DNA of 63,479 bases, filler included, from Eubacteriales bacterium (GCA_045636665.1; 10 parts of 10 records of this genome joined end to end with filler, not necessarily neighbours in it), one strand, 5' to 3'; numbered from the whole stretch's first letter, positions 50,483-60,796 are shown. Notes: a model not told the origin generated them from the sequence alone. Numbers and translations: made by a program.

Positions 50483-51010
50483 TTACACCTTGACTCTATC
50501 GTTTTTGTAGACGGTTTTTAATCCGTTATTTTCAGTAAACACATAGCAATAACCACGATAAATTAAAATCACACTATCGCCGTATTCTTGTTCTTTTTCT
50601 TCAATAATACCTCTTTCAGATTTCATGAGTTGTAGTTTGCTTTTTCCGAATTGATAGGCCTCAAAAGCAAGTTTATCCATTTTATATGATTCACATATAC
50701 CCATGCGTTCTTTCATTCGGTTTCTTGCGTGGTTTGTTAAGTAAAGGGGATTTTTGCGAATATCCAAAAAGCCTTCTTTACTATATAAATCGGTTTTATA
50801 GCATTTTACATTATAAAAGCGATTATATTTGCCTTGTCTGTTTCTGCCGACTTCATTGTAACCTTGCCGATTATATCCTTCGCTGTCGTATTCGGAAATT
50901 CTTTTTGCTGTTGGATTCTTGGGCGTGGCTTTTGACTTTCGTATGAATATTGGCAAGAAGCATAAGACTATCGCGACGATAAAAAGTAATATTATAGGTA
51001 AGTGTTCCAT
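50483..51010 (-). CDS. Membrane-anchored protein with GYN repeats and a BECR/DUF4258-like C-terminal domain
   Basis: TM helix; YDSEGYNRQGYNEVGRNRQG; LTNHARNRMKERMG...YVF..NGLKTVY. Confidence 0.5.
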   Translation of the reverse strand: MEHLPIILLFIVAIVLCFLPIFIRKSKATPKNPTAKRISEYDSEGYNRQGYNEVGRNRQGKYNRFYNVKCYKTDLYSKEGFLDIRKNPLYLTNHARNRMKERMGICESYKMDKLAFEAYQFGKSKLQLMKSERGIIEEKEQEYGDSVILIYRGYCYVFTENNGLKTVYKNDRVKV

Positions 51011-51266
51011 AGTGTTCACCTCTTATTATCACTATAACATTAAAAATAGATATTTGCAATAGATACAAAAATCCCCACCGATTGCTCGGTGGGGATAATT
51101 TGCTTTATAAAGTCAGCAATTACTTGCTTTCCTTGATAGCAGACTGAGTCGCCAAAGTTTGCAGGGNNNNNNNNNNNNNNNNNNNNNNNNNNNNNNNNNN
51201 NNNNNNNNNNTTAATTAATTAANNNNNNNNNNNNNNNNNNNNNNNNNNNNNNNNNNNNNNNNNNNN

Positions 51267-52210
51267 TATTTATGCTGATATATGGGCGAGAGTGTATTGT
51301 AGTTGTTAAGGTCAAAGCTGGGATAGATTGCAGATGCCAAAAGCTCGCCGTTGTTGACATCCATAACGATACATTCAATCTTTCCGTTGGGTTTATGGTC
51401 TTCGTATGCTTGTTGAATGTATTTTTCAACAGCGTTTTGAATCGTCCAGTCAATCGTTGTAACGACGTTCAAGCCGTTTGTTGCAGGGATATAAGTCGAA
51501 CCGACACCCGAATCAAGCTCGTTGCCGTAAGCATCGGAGGATTTAACTGATTTGCCGTCTACACCTGCAAGGTATTCGTTATAGGTCGATTCCAAGCCTG
51601 CAAGGCCTTGGTTATCCGAGCCCGTAAAGCCGAGAACGTGCGCGGCAAAGCTTCCGTAACGGTAATAGCGCTTTGTGGTTTCCTCGAGATGGATTATCGT
51701 TGCGAGCTTATTTTCGCTGATAAAGGTGCGGATAGCCGCTTCTTCGGTTTCGGTAAGGAATTTTTTGATTACCTGATATTTTGAATTTGTGCGATTGCCC
51801 TTGGTTATAATTTCACTGCGGTCAACCGAAAGTATTGTCGACATTCCGTCGGCGATTTTGTTAAGCAATGCTTCGCGTTCTATCGGTTCGCTTGTTTCCT
51901 TGCTGTCATCGGCAAATTTACCGATATCGTAAGGCGAGATAAAGCAGTTATAAACCGTTGCGCTGACCGCAAGCTCTGTTGTGCCGTCATTAGCATAGAT
52001 AGAACCGCGCTTTGCGGGAATTGTTACCGAGTTGGTATATTGGTCGAGCGCAGAGGTGCGGTAGTCGTTCGGGTCGAACAATTGAAGATATGCAAAACGG
52101 ACGCACACCATCACCATACAAACGAGAATTACTATTAAAGCTACCCGTCCGCGAGCCGCCGCAGTGCGTCCGCTGCCCGAAGGTGTGAATTTTTTGGTTG
52201 CGCCCGACAT
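51267..52210 (-). CDS. Class B penicillin-binding protein (FtsI/SpoVD), truncated
   Basis: TM, PAKRGSIY, KRYY, GLAGLE, TTIDWTIQ; after mraZ-rsmH-ftsL. Confidence 0.88.
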
Positions 52211-52362
52211 ATAAAAATACCCCTTTTGATATGACAAACGGGTAAAGAGAATTTACTCGTTACCCTTTGTATAAATATATTTCGAATTTACGATTTAATG
52301 CCGAAAATCCTATCTTCATTTTATCACAACTTTTTTAAAAAGTATAGTGATTTCCCGAAATT

Positions 52363-52932
52363 TTAATCGTCAGAGCCAAGAAAATCGCTTATTACTTCGC
52401 CAAGACCGGTAAGGAGGAAACCGAAACCGCCTTCTTCACCGTCATCATAGTTTTGCATTTCGGTTTTATCTTCGTGCTCGGGAGTGATGATGTGATATTC
52501 ACCCTCGATATTGGTCATACCCAATTCTTCTCTTGCGTACTTTTCGATTTCACCGATGTTGTATTTGTTGCTGTAGGTTACCTCAAGCTCATCCTGTGTT
52601 TTTTCCATTGCGGTAATCTTGTTGTTGATATCGTTAATTTCAGAACGGTATTTATCAACCTCGGCATAATTCATCATCATAAAAAGGAACATACCGGTAA
52701 GAATCAGCGCAACAAAAACCATAGACCAAGGAAACGGCGCTTTATCCTTTTTCTTTACGTTTACGATACGGGGTGCGCGAACTGCGTGGAGATTCGATGC
52801 GCGTTTGACATTCTTCGCTTTTTTCTTACCGTTTGCAACTGTTACCGACTTTTTAACAGCAGCTTCGCCTGAATTTACCTTTTTTCGCGTTGTTACAGAC
52901 GTAGAATTCGAATTCGTTCTCATTTCCTGCAT
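52363..52932 (-). CDS. FtsL-like cell division protein
   Basis: Basic N-terminus, TM, coiled coil, IEKYAREELGM; dcw position. Confidence 0.7.
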   Translation of the reverse strand: MQEMRTNSNSTSVTTRKKVNSGEAAVKKSVTVANGKKKAKNVKRASNLHAVRAPRIVNVKKKDKAPFPWSMVFVALILTGMFLFMMMNYAEVDKYRSEINDINNKITAMEKTQDELEVTYSNKYNIGEIEKYAREELGMTNIEGEYHIITPEHEDKTEMQNYDDGEEGGFGFLLTGLGEVISDFLGSDD

Positions 52933-52947
52933 TTTCTTGCACCTTTC

Positions 52948-53877
52948 TTATACTTTCTCACACACGCGCAGCTTTGCGCTGTGCGATCTTGAATTATATT
53001 CTAATTCCTCTTCCGAGGGTAATATCGGTTTTTTAGTGATTATCTTTACTTCCTGCTTTTTGCCGCATACACAAATCGGGAAATCCGACGGGCAGGTACA
53101 GGGGCGTTCAAGCTTTTGGAATCCGTTTTTTACAAGTCGGTCTTCGAGCGAATGGAAGCTGATTATCGACATTCTTCCGCCGACGTTTAAAAGCTTGCTT
53201 CCCTCCTCGATTGCCTTCGGGATACAATCCAATTCACCGTTTACTTCGATTCTTATTGCCTGAAAGCTTCGCTTTGCAGGGTTGCCACCCTCAAAGCGGA
53301 ACTTTGACGGAATTGCCGACGCTATTATTTCGGCAAGCTCGAGAGTGTTTTTAATCGGGCTTTCAGATCGTTTAGCGCATATTTTAGCGGCTATTTTAGA
53401 CGCAAACTTTTCTTCGCCGTAATCGCGTAATATTCTTACAAGATCGCGTTCGGAATATCCGTTCACCACGTCGTAAGCGGTAAGCGGAGCCGTTTGATCC
53501 ATTCTCATATCAAGCGGCGCATCCTTGATGTACGAAAAGCCTCTTTCCGCCACATCGAGCTGATGCGATGAAACGCCAAGGTCCATTATTATTCCGTCTA
53601 CACGTTCAAAGCCCGCAATCTTAACGGCATTTTCGATATTTTCAAAATTTTCCTTAACGGTTATAAGGCGCTCGTCGTTTATTTTTTCACGCGCGTTTTG
53701 CAACGCATCGTCGTCGCGGTCGATGCCGATCACTCTGCCGTCCTTGCCAAGTCGCGAAAGAATCAGCGAGGTGTGTCCCGCACCGCCTAACGTGCAATCG
53801 ATGTATATTCCGTTGGGCTTGACGTTTAACGAGTCAACCGTTTCATAAAGCAAAACCGAAATGTGTGAAAATTCCAT
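52948..53877 (-). CDS. rsmH: 16S rRNA m4C1402 methyltransferase
   Basis: HISVLL, DCTLGGAGH, DLGVSSHQLD, SFHSLEDR. Confidence 0.97.
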   Translation of the reverse strand: MEFSHISVLLYETVDSLNVKPNGIYIDCTLGGAGHTSLILSRLGKDGRVIGIDRDDDALQNAREKINDERLITVKENFENIENAVKIAGFERVDGIIMDLGVSSHQLDVAERGFSYIKDAPLDMRMDQTAPLTAYDVVNGYSERDLVRILRDYGEEKFASKIAAKICAKRSESPIKNTLELAEIIASAIPSKFRFEGGNPAKRSFQAIRIEVNGELDCIPKAIEEGSKLLNVGGRMSIISFHSLEDRLVKNGFQKLERPCTCPSDFPICVCGKKQEVKIITKKPILPSEEELEYNSRSHSAKLRVCEKV

Positions 53878-53878
53878 A

Positions 53879-54298
53879 TCAGAAACCTAATTCTATAAGT
53901 TCGTTGGTTATATCTTCGTTGTCAAATGCGTTCTTTTCTTCTTCCCAAGCAGATGCAGACCAGATTTCAAAATGATTGCGGTTGCCGATTATCACAACGT
54001 CCTTTTCGAGATTTGCGAATTCACGGAAATCCTTGTTGACGGTTACTCTGCCCTGCGCGTCGATCGAGCCGTCCTCGGAATAAGCATAGAAATAACGGCG
54101 TACGCGACGTTCCTTTGCAAACGGAAGCTCTTCAATCTTGGCGGTAAAGCGCTCCCATTCATCCTCGGGATAAACGCAAACGCATTTATCGAACCCACGG
54201 GAAAGGATAAAGCTTTCACCCAGCTTATCACGAAGCTTTGCGGGGATAAAAAGACGCCCTTTTGCATCGATTGTGTGTTTATATTCACCGTAGAACAT
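53879..54298 (-). CDS. mraZ: Transcriptional regulator MraZ
   Basis: MFYGEYKHTIDAKGRLFIP, DAQGRV, FEIW. Confidence 0.96.
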   Translation of the reverse strand: MFYGEYKHTIDAKGRLFIPAKLRDKLGESFILSRGFDKCVCVYPEDEWERFTAKIEELPFAKERRVRRYFYAYSEDGSIDAQGRVTVNKDFREFANLEKDVVIIGNRNHFEIWSASAWEEEKNAFDNEDITNELIELGF

Positions 54299-54324
54299 CG
54301 TTTTTCCCCTTTCCGAAGCGTTTT

Positions 54325-54414
54325 TGTGTCATTTGTGTGGGATTTTAACCCTTTTTGCTCCTATTTCCGCCTCTTGTATGGGATTATTATATATTAACGC
54401 TCCATAAAATGCAA
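54325..54414 (-). promoter_or_regulatory. mraZ promoter with degenerate 10-bp-periodic boxes, possibly the MraZ operator
   Basis: TTGCAT-17 nt-TATAAT, then gAGGcggaaa tAGGagcaaa aAGGgttaaa. Confidence 0.5.
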
Positions 54415-54778
54415 TAGCGCAAACGGGCAACGAAAAATAATTACGAAGGTGTTTTCGTCATTTTGCCAAAAGCAAAAAACCTTATATTGCAAGGGTTTTC
54501 GACTTTTTTCTGTGTCGAATTGTATGTTGCTTGTAAGAATTTTTAATAATTATGTCAACAAACATTCGTTCGTATGTATATCGAAATGGCGAAAATGCCT
54601 TTATTTTCAAGGGAAACGGCGGTTTGGGGCAAATCTTACAATTGTATTTTCGGCGTTTGACAGAATCGTTTTTGGGNNNNNNNNNNNNNNNNNNNNNNNN
54701 NNNNNNNNNNNNNNNNNNNNTTAATTAATTAANNNNNNNNNNNNNNNNNNNNNNNNNNNNNNNNNNNNNNNNNNNNGT

Positions 54779-56107
54779 CTTGCCGATACGGCTCTGAGAA
54801 CGGCTGACTCCGGTTATCTTACAAGACGACTTGTTGACGTTTCCCAGGAAGTTATTATACGTGAACATGACTGCGGTTCCGAAAAGGGTATATGGGTATC
54901 CGATATCCGCGAAGAAAACTGCGGCGATACCGTAGGTCTTTGGGTAAGCCGTATCGTCGACGTTCTTCCCGGCGTCAAGGAAGCGGTTATCGAACCGTTT
55001 GAAGACCGTCTTGTGGGACGCTTCACCATCGGCGACGTTGTTAACCCCGCAACCGGCGAAGTTATTATTGAAAACGACCAGATGATCACCGAATCTATCG
55101 CAAGAAAGATTTCCGATGCGGGAATCGAACGCGTTCAGATCCGTTCGATCATTAACTGCCGCGCTAAGCACGGTGTCTGCGTACACTGCTACGGTGCGGA
55201 TATGACAACCGGCAAGCCCGTAAACCTCGGCGAAGCTGTTGGTATTATCGCAGCACAGTCGATCGGTGAACCCGGTACACAGCTTACCATGAGAACCTTC
55301 CACTCGGGCGGTGTCGCAGGTGGCGATATTACCCAGGGTCTTCCCAGAGTTGAAGAAATCTTTGAAGCAAGAAAACCCAAAAAGACTGCTATCCTTGCCG
55401 AATTCGACGGTACCTTCCGTATTGAAGAAAGCAAGAAGACCAAGCAGCTTATCGTTCGCAACGACGAAACCGGCGAAGAAAAAGCAACCGGCGTTCCTCT
55501 CCTTACCAAGGTTGCCGTTGAAGACGGCGCGCAGGTCAAGAGATGCCAGAAGCTTACCGACGGTACCGAATGTCCCGCAGATATTCTCCGCATAAACGGC
55601 CTCGATGCTGTTTACGATTATATCATCAAGGAAATTCAGCGCGTATACCGTTTGCAGGCGGTTGAAATTGCCGACAAGCATATCGAGGTTATCGCACGTC
55701 AGATGACTCGCAAGATCAAGATCGATTCTTGCGGCGATACCGATCTTCTCGTTGGCTCTCTCGTTGACGTTTCGGAATTCTATGCCGCAAACAAGGCGGT
55801 TGAGGAATTCAACGCAGAACATCCCGAAGTGCCTCAAAAGATTCCCGCAGAAGGCACCAACCAGCTCCTCGGTATCACCAAGGCGTCGCTTTCTACCGAA
55901 TCCTTCCTTTCTGCAGCATCCTTCCAGGAAACCACAAAGGTTCTTGCGGAAGCGGCTATCAAGGGTAAGAAGGATCCTCTTCTCGGCTTGAAGGAAAACG
56001 TGCTTATCGGTAAACTCATTCCTGCAGGTACGGGTATGAAGATGTATCGCGAAACAGCCGTTGACACCGGTGACGCACCTACCGAAGGTGTTTACGACGC
56101 CGAATAA
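54779..56107 (+). CDS. rpoC: RNA polymerase beta-prime subunit, C-terminal part
   Basis: [39 protein letters not shown]. Confidence 0.98.
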   Translation, partial: LADTALRTADSGYLTRRLVDVSQEVIIREHDCGSEKGIWVSDIREENCGDTVGLWVSRIVDVLPGVKEAVIEPFEDRLVGRFTIGDVVNPATGEVIIENDQMITESIARKISDAGIERVQIRSIINCRAKHGVCVHCYGADMTTGKPVNLGEAVGIIAAQSIGEPGTQLTMRTFHSGGVAGGDITQGLPRVEEIFEARKPKKTAILAEFDGTFRIEESKKTKQLIVRNDETGEEKATGVPLLTKVAVEDGAQVKRCQKLTDGTECPADILRINGLDAVYDYIIKEIQRVYRLQAVEIADKHIEVIARQMTRKIKIDSCGDTDLLVGSLVDVSEFYAANKAVEEFNAEHPEVPQKIPAEGTNQLLGITKASLSTESFLSAASFQETTKVLAEAAIKGKKDPLLGLKENVLIGKLIPAGTGMKMYRETAVDTGDAPTEGVYDAE

Positions 56108-56221
56108 TAACGGTTAAGGACAATCAAACAAACCAACGTCGGGCGTGTAAGAAAATTACACGCCCGTCGAAACATGGGGCAACAACGATAAAGCCCCGAT
56201 TCTGAAAGGAAAAAATCAAAA

Positions 56222-56467
56222 ATGAGCGACAGTATCGGCCCGCGACGAAGAATAGCGGGCTATAACCAGTTCGTAAAGCTTGTAAGACGCGGAAAAGCCG
56301 TTAAGGTTTATCTCGCAAGCGATGCCGATGTGTTTTTTACCGACGGCGTCAAGCGCGAGCTTAGTGGTCACCCGAATGTCATTTTGGACGTAACGCACAC
56401 GTCGGACGACCTTGCCGCAATGGTAAAGGTTGAGGTTCCGACTTCGGTTATCACGGAAATTGAATAA
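56222..56467 (+). CDS. L7Ae/YbxF-like protein
   Basis: GYNQFVK..VYLASDAD..LAAMVKVEV; between rpoC and rpsL. Confidence 0.75.
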   Translation: MSDSIGPRRRIAGYNQFVKLVRRGKAVKVYLASDADVFFTDGVKRELSGHPNVILDVTHTSDDLAAMVKVEVPTSVITEIE

Positions 56468-56574
56468 TCGGTTAACGTAATAACGCGCTGAAAAATAGAG
56501 CCGTTCTATGTTAAAATTGCTAAAAAAACGCTTGAAAATCAAGCGGAATCGGCGAAAAATGAGCGAAAAAACTA

Positions 56575-56603
56575 TTGACAATATTTTTTGAATATAATAT
56601 AAT
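56575..56603 (+). promoter_or_regulatory. Consensus sigmaA promoter of the str operon
   Basis: TTGACA-17 nt-TATAAT. Confidence 0.8.
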
Positions 56604-56639
56604 CAAAATGTTGTAAAATTTTGAGGAAAGGAGAAAAAG

Positions 56640-57053
56640 ATGCCTACATTCAACCAATTGGTAAAAAACGGCAGACAGGACAAGACCTACAAATCCAAGT
56701 CTCCCGCGCTCCAGAGAAGCACCAACTCGATCAAGAAAGTTGCAGTTGAAATTGCCAGCCCTCAGAAGAGAGGCGTTTGCACTAAGGTGGCTATTAAGAC
56801 CCCTAAGAAGCCGAACTCCGCTCAGAGAAAGATCGCAAGAGTAAGACTCACCAACGGTCTTGAAGTTACCGCTTACATTCCCGGTATCGGCCACAATCTG
56901 CAGGAACACTCGGTTGTTCTTATCAGAGGCGGCAGAGTTAAGGACCTCCCCGGTGTACGTTACCATATCGTTCGTGGTAAGCTTGATACCCAGGGCGTTG
57001 CAAACAGAAACCAGTCTCGCTCCAAGTACGGCGCAAAGAGACCTAAGAAATAA
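56640..57053 (+). CDS. rpsL: 30S ribosomal protein S12
   Basis: [21 protein letters not shown]. Confidence 0.98.
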   Translation: MPTFNQLVKNGRQDKTYKSKSPALQRSTNSIKKVAVEIASPQKRGVCTKVAIKTPKKPNSAQRKIARVRLTNGLEVTAYIPGIGHNLQEHSVVLIRGGRVKDLPGVRYHIVRGKLDTQGVANRNQSRSKYGAKRPKK

Positions 57054-57212
57054 TTTTTCATTAGGTTTTTAATTCAGGAACGACAATTTCGTTTTCCTCG
57101 TGCTGATACGAAGAAATTCATATAGATATCGGCACTAACGGAAATAAAATTTTCGAGTACCTGTGAATTCATTGAAGCGTAAAACGCTATCTCTATGAAG
57201 GAGGGAAGTAAA

Positions 57213-57683
57213 GTGCCCAGAAGAGTACATGGTTTTAAAAGAGAAGTTCTTCCGGATCCGATGTATAATTCCCAGCTCGTTACTAAGTTGATCAACAACA
57301 TTATGTACGACGGCAAGAAATCCATCGCCCAGAAGATCGTCTATGATGCATTTGCAATTATCGAACAGAAGTCCGGCAACAATCCTCTTGAACAGTTCAA
57401 GAAGGCTCTTGAAAACATTATGCCCGAACTCGAAGTTAAAGCAGTGCGCAGAGGCGGTTCCAACTACCAAGTTCCTATGCCCGTTCGTGAAGACAGACGT
57501 CAAACTCTCGGTCTCAGATGGCTCATCACCTATTCGAGATCCAGAAGCGACCGCAAGATGAGCGAACGCCTTGCTGCAGAAATCCTCGATGCCGTTAACG
57601 GTACCGGCGGTGCAGTTAAGAAGAAGGAAGATACTCATAAAATGGCAGAAGCTAACAAAGCTTTCGCACATTATCGTTGGTAA
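57213..57683 (+). CDS. rpsG: 30S ribosomal protein S7
   Basis: GTG start after [20 protein letters not shown]. Confidence 0.97.
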   Translation: MPRRVHGFKREVLPDPMYNSQLVTKLINNIMYDGKKSIAQKIVYDAFAIIEQKSGNNPLEQFKKALENIMPELEVKAVRRGGSNYQVPMPVREDRRQTLGLRWLITYSRSRSDRKMSERLAAEILDAVNGTGGAVKKKEDTHKMAEANKAFAHYRW

Positions 57684-57727
57684 TCCGCGTCACGTATTTT
57701 TACGCGATTTATTAAGGAGAAAATTAT

Positions 57728-57992
57728 ATGGCCAGAACAACTCCGCTTGAGCTTACCCGTAATATCGGTATTATGGCTCATATAGACGCGGGTAAGACGA
57801 CCACCACTGAAAGAATCCAGTATTACACAGGTAAAACCCATAAAATCGGCGAAACCCACGAAGGTTCCGCAACGATGGACTGGATGGTGCAGGAACAGGA
57901 GCGTGGCATAACAATAACATCCGCTGCAACGACTTGTCAGTGCAAAGGTCACAGAATAAACATTATAGATACCCCCGGTCACGTTGACTTTA
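57728..57992 (+). CDS. fusA: Elongation factor G, N-terminal fragment
   Basis: [31 protein letters not shown]. Confidence 0.96.
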
Positions 57993-58092
57993 NNNNNNNN
58001 NNNNNNNNNNNNNNNNNNNNNNNNNNNNNNNNNNNNTTAATTAATTAANNNNNNNNNNNNNNNNNNNNNNNNNNNNNNNNNNNNNNNNNNNN

Positions 58093-58592
58093 TGACTCTT
58101 TATGCCCATTGCGGAAAGCCGTGCCGCCGTTTTTTCCGCGGCGCGCACCGAGGTCGATTGGTGCAGTGTGACGATTATCGCCTCGTCGGCAGTTGCGGCA
58201 AACGACATATAATAATCGGTCATTTCGGCGCAGGAATCGATTATGATATAATCAAATTCCTCCCGAACCTCCTTGATAAGGTCGGCATAAGCGCTTTTTT
58301 TGATTTTTTCGTCCGAAAGATTCATCGGCGCGGGAATAAAGGCAAGTCCCGTCATTCCTTTAACGTGGCACATTGCCGCCGCAGGCGAGCAACGGTTAAA
58401 GAGCACGTCACTGCAATCAAAAAGCGTTTCGTTTTCAACGCCGAGCACCATATCCATACATCGCATACCGAAATCCCCGTCGATAACGAGCACTCGGTTG
58501 CCCAATGCGTGCAGCGTTGCGGCAATATTTGCCGAAACCGTGGTCTTTCCCACGCCGCCCTTAAAGCCGGTTACGAATATAACGCGTCCCAG
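58093..58592 (-). CDS. minD: MinD, N-terminal fragment
   Basis: GFKGGVGKTT, DGDFGMRCMDMVLG, IIIDS. Confidence 0.82.
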
Positions 58593-58774
58593 CGCCGTCA
58601 CCTCCGTTTCGATAGCGATACTTATACTTATAGTTTTACTATAGTCATACACGATAATAATAACATTAATTGTGCTCTATGTCAAGAAAAAAGGTTTGAC
58701 TTTGTAGGATATTTTGTTTATTTTTTATGAACGAACACCGAATTTCGGGCATATTCTTTACAAGGTGATGAATT

Positions 58775-59893
58775 ATGCTTGAAAAAGATACGCTTTCGAT
58801 TATCGGAGAGGGCGAAATCTACCCCTTCGATTCGGTTTCTCCGCCGATATTCCAAACTTCGACCTTTGGCGGCGGCAACGAATATTCCTATTCACGGCTT
58901 TCAAACCCAACGCGTGACGCGCTTCAAAAAAATCTTGCTCGGCTCGAAAACGGCAGTCACGCCTTTGCCTTTTCGTCGGGGCTTGCGGCGGTGAACGCCG
59001 TGTTTTCACTGCTGAAGCAGGGCGACCGCGTTTTGCTTTCCGACGACCTTTACGGCGGTACTTACCGCATTTCGGCAAAAATTTTCGGGAATTACGGCAT
59101 TTCCTTTGAATTTTGCGATATGCAAAGCGTTGACGGGCTTGAAGAAAAAATGGGCAACGGCGTGAGGATGGTGCTTGCCGAATCGCCGACAAACCCGATG
59201 ATGAAGATTGCCGATTTGAAAAAAATCGCACTGCTTTGCCGTGAAAAAGGCGCCGTTTTTGCCGTCGACAACACCTTTTTGACTCCGATTTTTCAAAATC
59301 CGCTTAAGCTCGGCGCGGATATCGTTATCCATTCGGCAACGAAATATATTTCGGGGCATCACGATACCGTCGCAGGCGCGGTTATTACCTCAAGCGACGA
59401 AATCGCTTCGCACATATCGTTTGCTTCGGCGACGCTCGGCAACGCGCTTTCGCCCTTTGACGCTTGGCTTGTTCTTCGCGGTGTGCGTACCCTCCCTTTA
59501 AGGATGCAACGGCACCAAGAAAACGCATTTGCGGCGGCGGAATTTTTGCAATCGCACCCGAAAATCGAACGGGTCATCTACCCCGGCTTGTCAAGTCATT
59601 GCGGTCATTCGCTTTGCAAATCTCAAGCCGACGGCTTCGGCGGTGTCGTTTCCTTTACCGTCAACGACGCTTCGCTTGTCGAAAGGCTTTTAAGGGGCGG
59701 AAAAATAATAAAATTCGCCGAAAGTCTTGGCGGCTTCCGTTCGCTTATTACCTATCCGCTAACGCAAACACACGCATCCATCCCCCAAGAAATGCGCGAG
59801 AAATTGGGCATTACGAACCGACTTTTCCGCCTATCTCTCGGTCTGGAAAACAAAAACGACATACTTTACGATTTGGACGAAATGTTAAAATAA
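58775..59893 (+). CDS. Cystathionine gamma-synthase/beta-lyase family PLP enzyme
   Basis: YSRLSNPT, ESPTNP, VDNTF, HSATKYISGHHD, AESLGG. Confidence 0.9.
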   Translation: MLEKDTLSIIGEGEIYPFDSVSPPIFQTSTFGGGNEYSYSRLSNPTRDALQKNLARLENGSHAFAFSSGLAAVNAVFSLLKQGDRVLLSDDLYGGTYRISAKIFGNYGISFEFCDMQSVDGLEEKMGNGVRMVLAESPTNPMMKIADLKKIALLCREKGAVFAVDNTFLTPIFQNPLKLGADIVIHSATKYISGHHDTVAGAVITSSDEIASHISFASATLGNALSPFDAWLVLRGVRTLPLRMQRHQENAFAAAEFLQSHPKIERVIYPGLSSHCGHSLCKSQADGFGGVVSFTVNDASLVERLLRGGKIIKFAESLGGFRSLITYPLTQTHASIPQEMREKLGITNRLFRLSLGLENKNDILYDLDEMLK

Positions 59894-59935
59894 AAAAAGG
59901 TCTTCCGAGGTGACGGAAGACCTTGATTTTTTTAA

Positions 59936-60796
59936 TTAAGCAACGGTAACGTTTTCGGGCTCCTCGCATTTTTCGTCACAAGCTTCATCAAGCTTTGCCG
60001 ACGAAAGACGTGTGAGGATATAAACCGCAAGTCCGATATCCACCACGGAATAAGCGGCGTAATAATCAAACTCAAAAAATCCGAAGCAGTGCATAAACAG
60101 GTTCGGTACGGAATAAATCAAAAGGAAAAATACCGAAAGATAGCCAAACGAATAATAAATCGCGCCCGAGGTTTTGATAACGTAGGATTTGCCCTCGGTC
60201 AGGAAATAAACGAGTGCCGCGCTCAATCCGACGATATGGTATGCGCCCGACGACGCAAGCGGTGCCGCTGAGGAGCGGATAAAATCGCCGAGCAATCGGA
60301 GCATACAAAGCGCGATAGGAGCTATCGCCGCAAGCGCGTGATAGTTGTTTTTAAGCGTTTTATCGTAACGGATGCCCGAAATGATAAACTTTATTGCGGA
60401 AAGCAGCGTTGTAACGAGAATCAAAATGCCGATAACGGTGACCGATTCCCTGCCGTAGCGCACGATTGAAGCGATATAAACAGCCGCCGCGCCGATAAGC
60501 GCAAACGCAAGTGTGAGCGAGCCGGCGGGCGCCGCGCCGTAGGAACGGCAAAGCGTTACGCTGTGCTTACGTCCGAAAAAGACCGCGCACAACACGAAAA
60601 GGATTGCAAAAACCACTGCCGCAACGGTAAAAACGATTACCTCGGTATTGTCGGGGAGATAATAGGTTTCGTTTTCAATGCCGTTTTTTTCCATATCGTA
60701 TTGAATAATGACCGTTCTGATAACCGCCATCGCAAACGAAACAAGCGCAACCAAAGAAACAAGCTTTGTCTTTGAACGCACCGAAAATCCCTCCAT
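59936..60796 (-). CDS. Hypothetical polytopic membrane protein
   Basis: About eight hydrophobic segments. Confidence 0.65.
   Translation of the reverse strand: MEGFSVRSKTKLVSLVALVSFAMAVIRTVIIQYDMEKNGIENETYYLPDNTEVIVFTVAAVVFAILFVLCAVFFGRKHSVTLCRSYGAAPAGSLTLAFALIGAAAVYIASIVRYGRESVTVIGILILVTTLLSAIKFIISGIRYDKTLKNNYHALAAIAPIALCMLRLLGDFIRSSAAPLASSGAYHIVGLSAALVYFLTEGKSYVIKTSGAIYYSFGYLSVFFLLIYSVPNLFMHCFGFFEFDYYAAYSVVDIGLAVYILTRLSSAKLDEACDEKCEEPENVTVA

Noticed and set aside
54725..55837. 370-aa minus-strand ORF
   Set aside because: Antisense to rpoC.
56775..56835. S12 variant [15 protein letters not shown] as a streptomycin-resistance allele
   Set aside because: The lysines and proline usually mutated in resistance (PKKP, VKDLP) are wild type; the differences look like lineage variation.
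24042..58092. Nine identical TTAATTAATTAA motifs within N runs
   Set aside because: Artificial contig linkers, not biological repeats; ORF-track proteins ending in X..LIN or X..N are artefacts.
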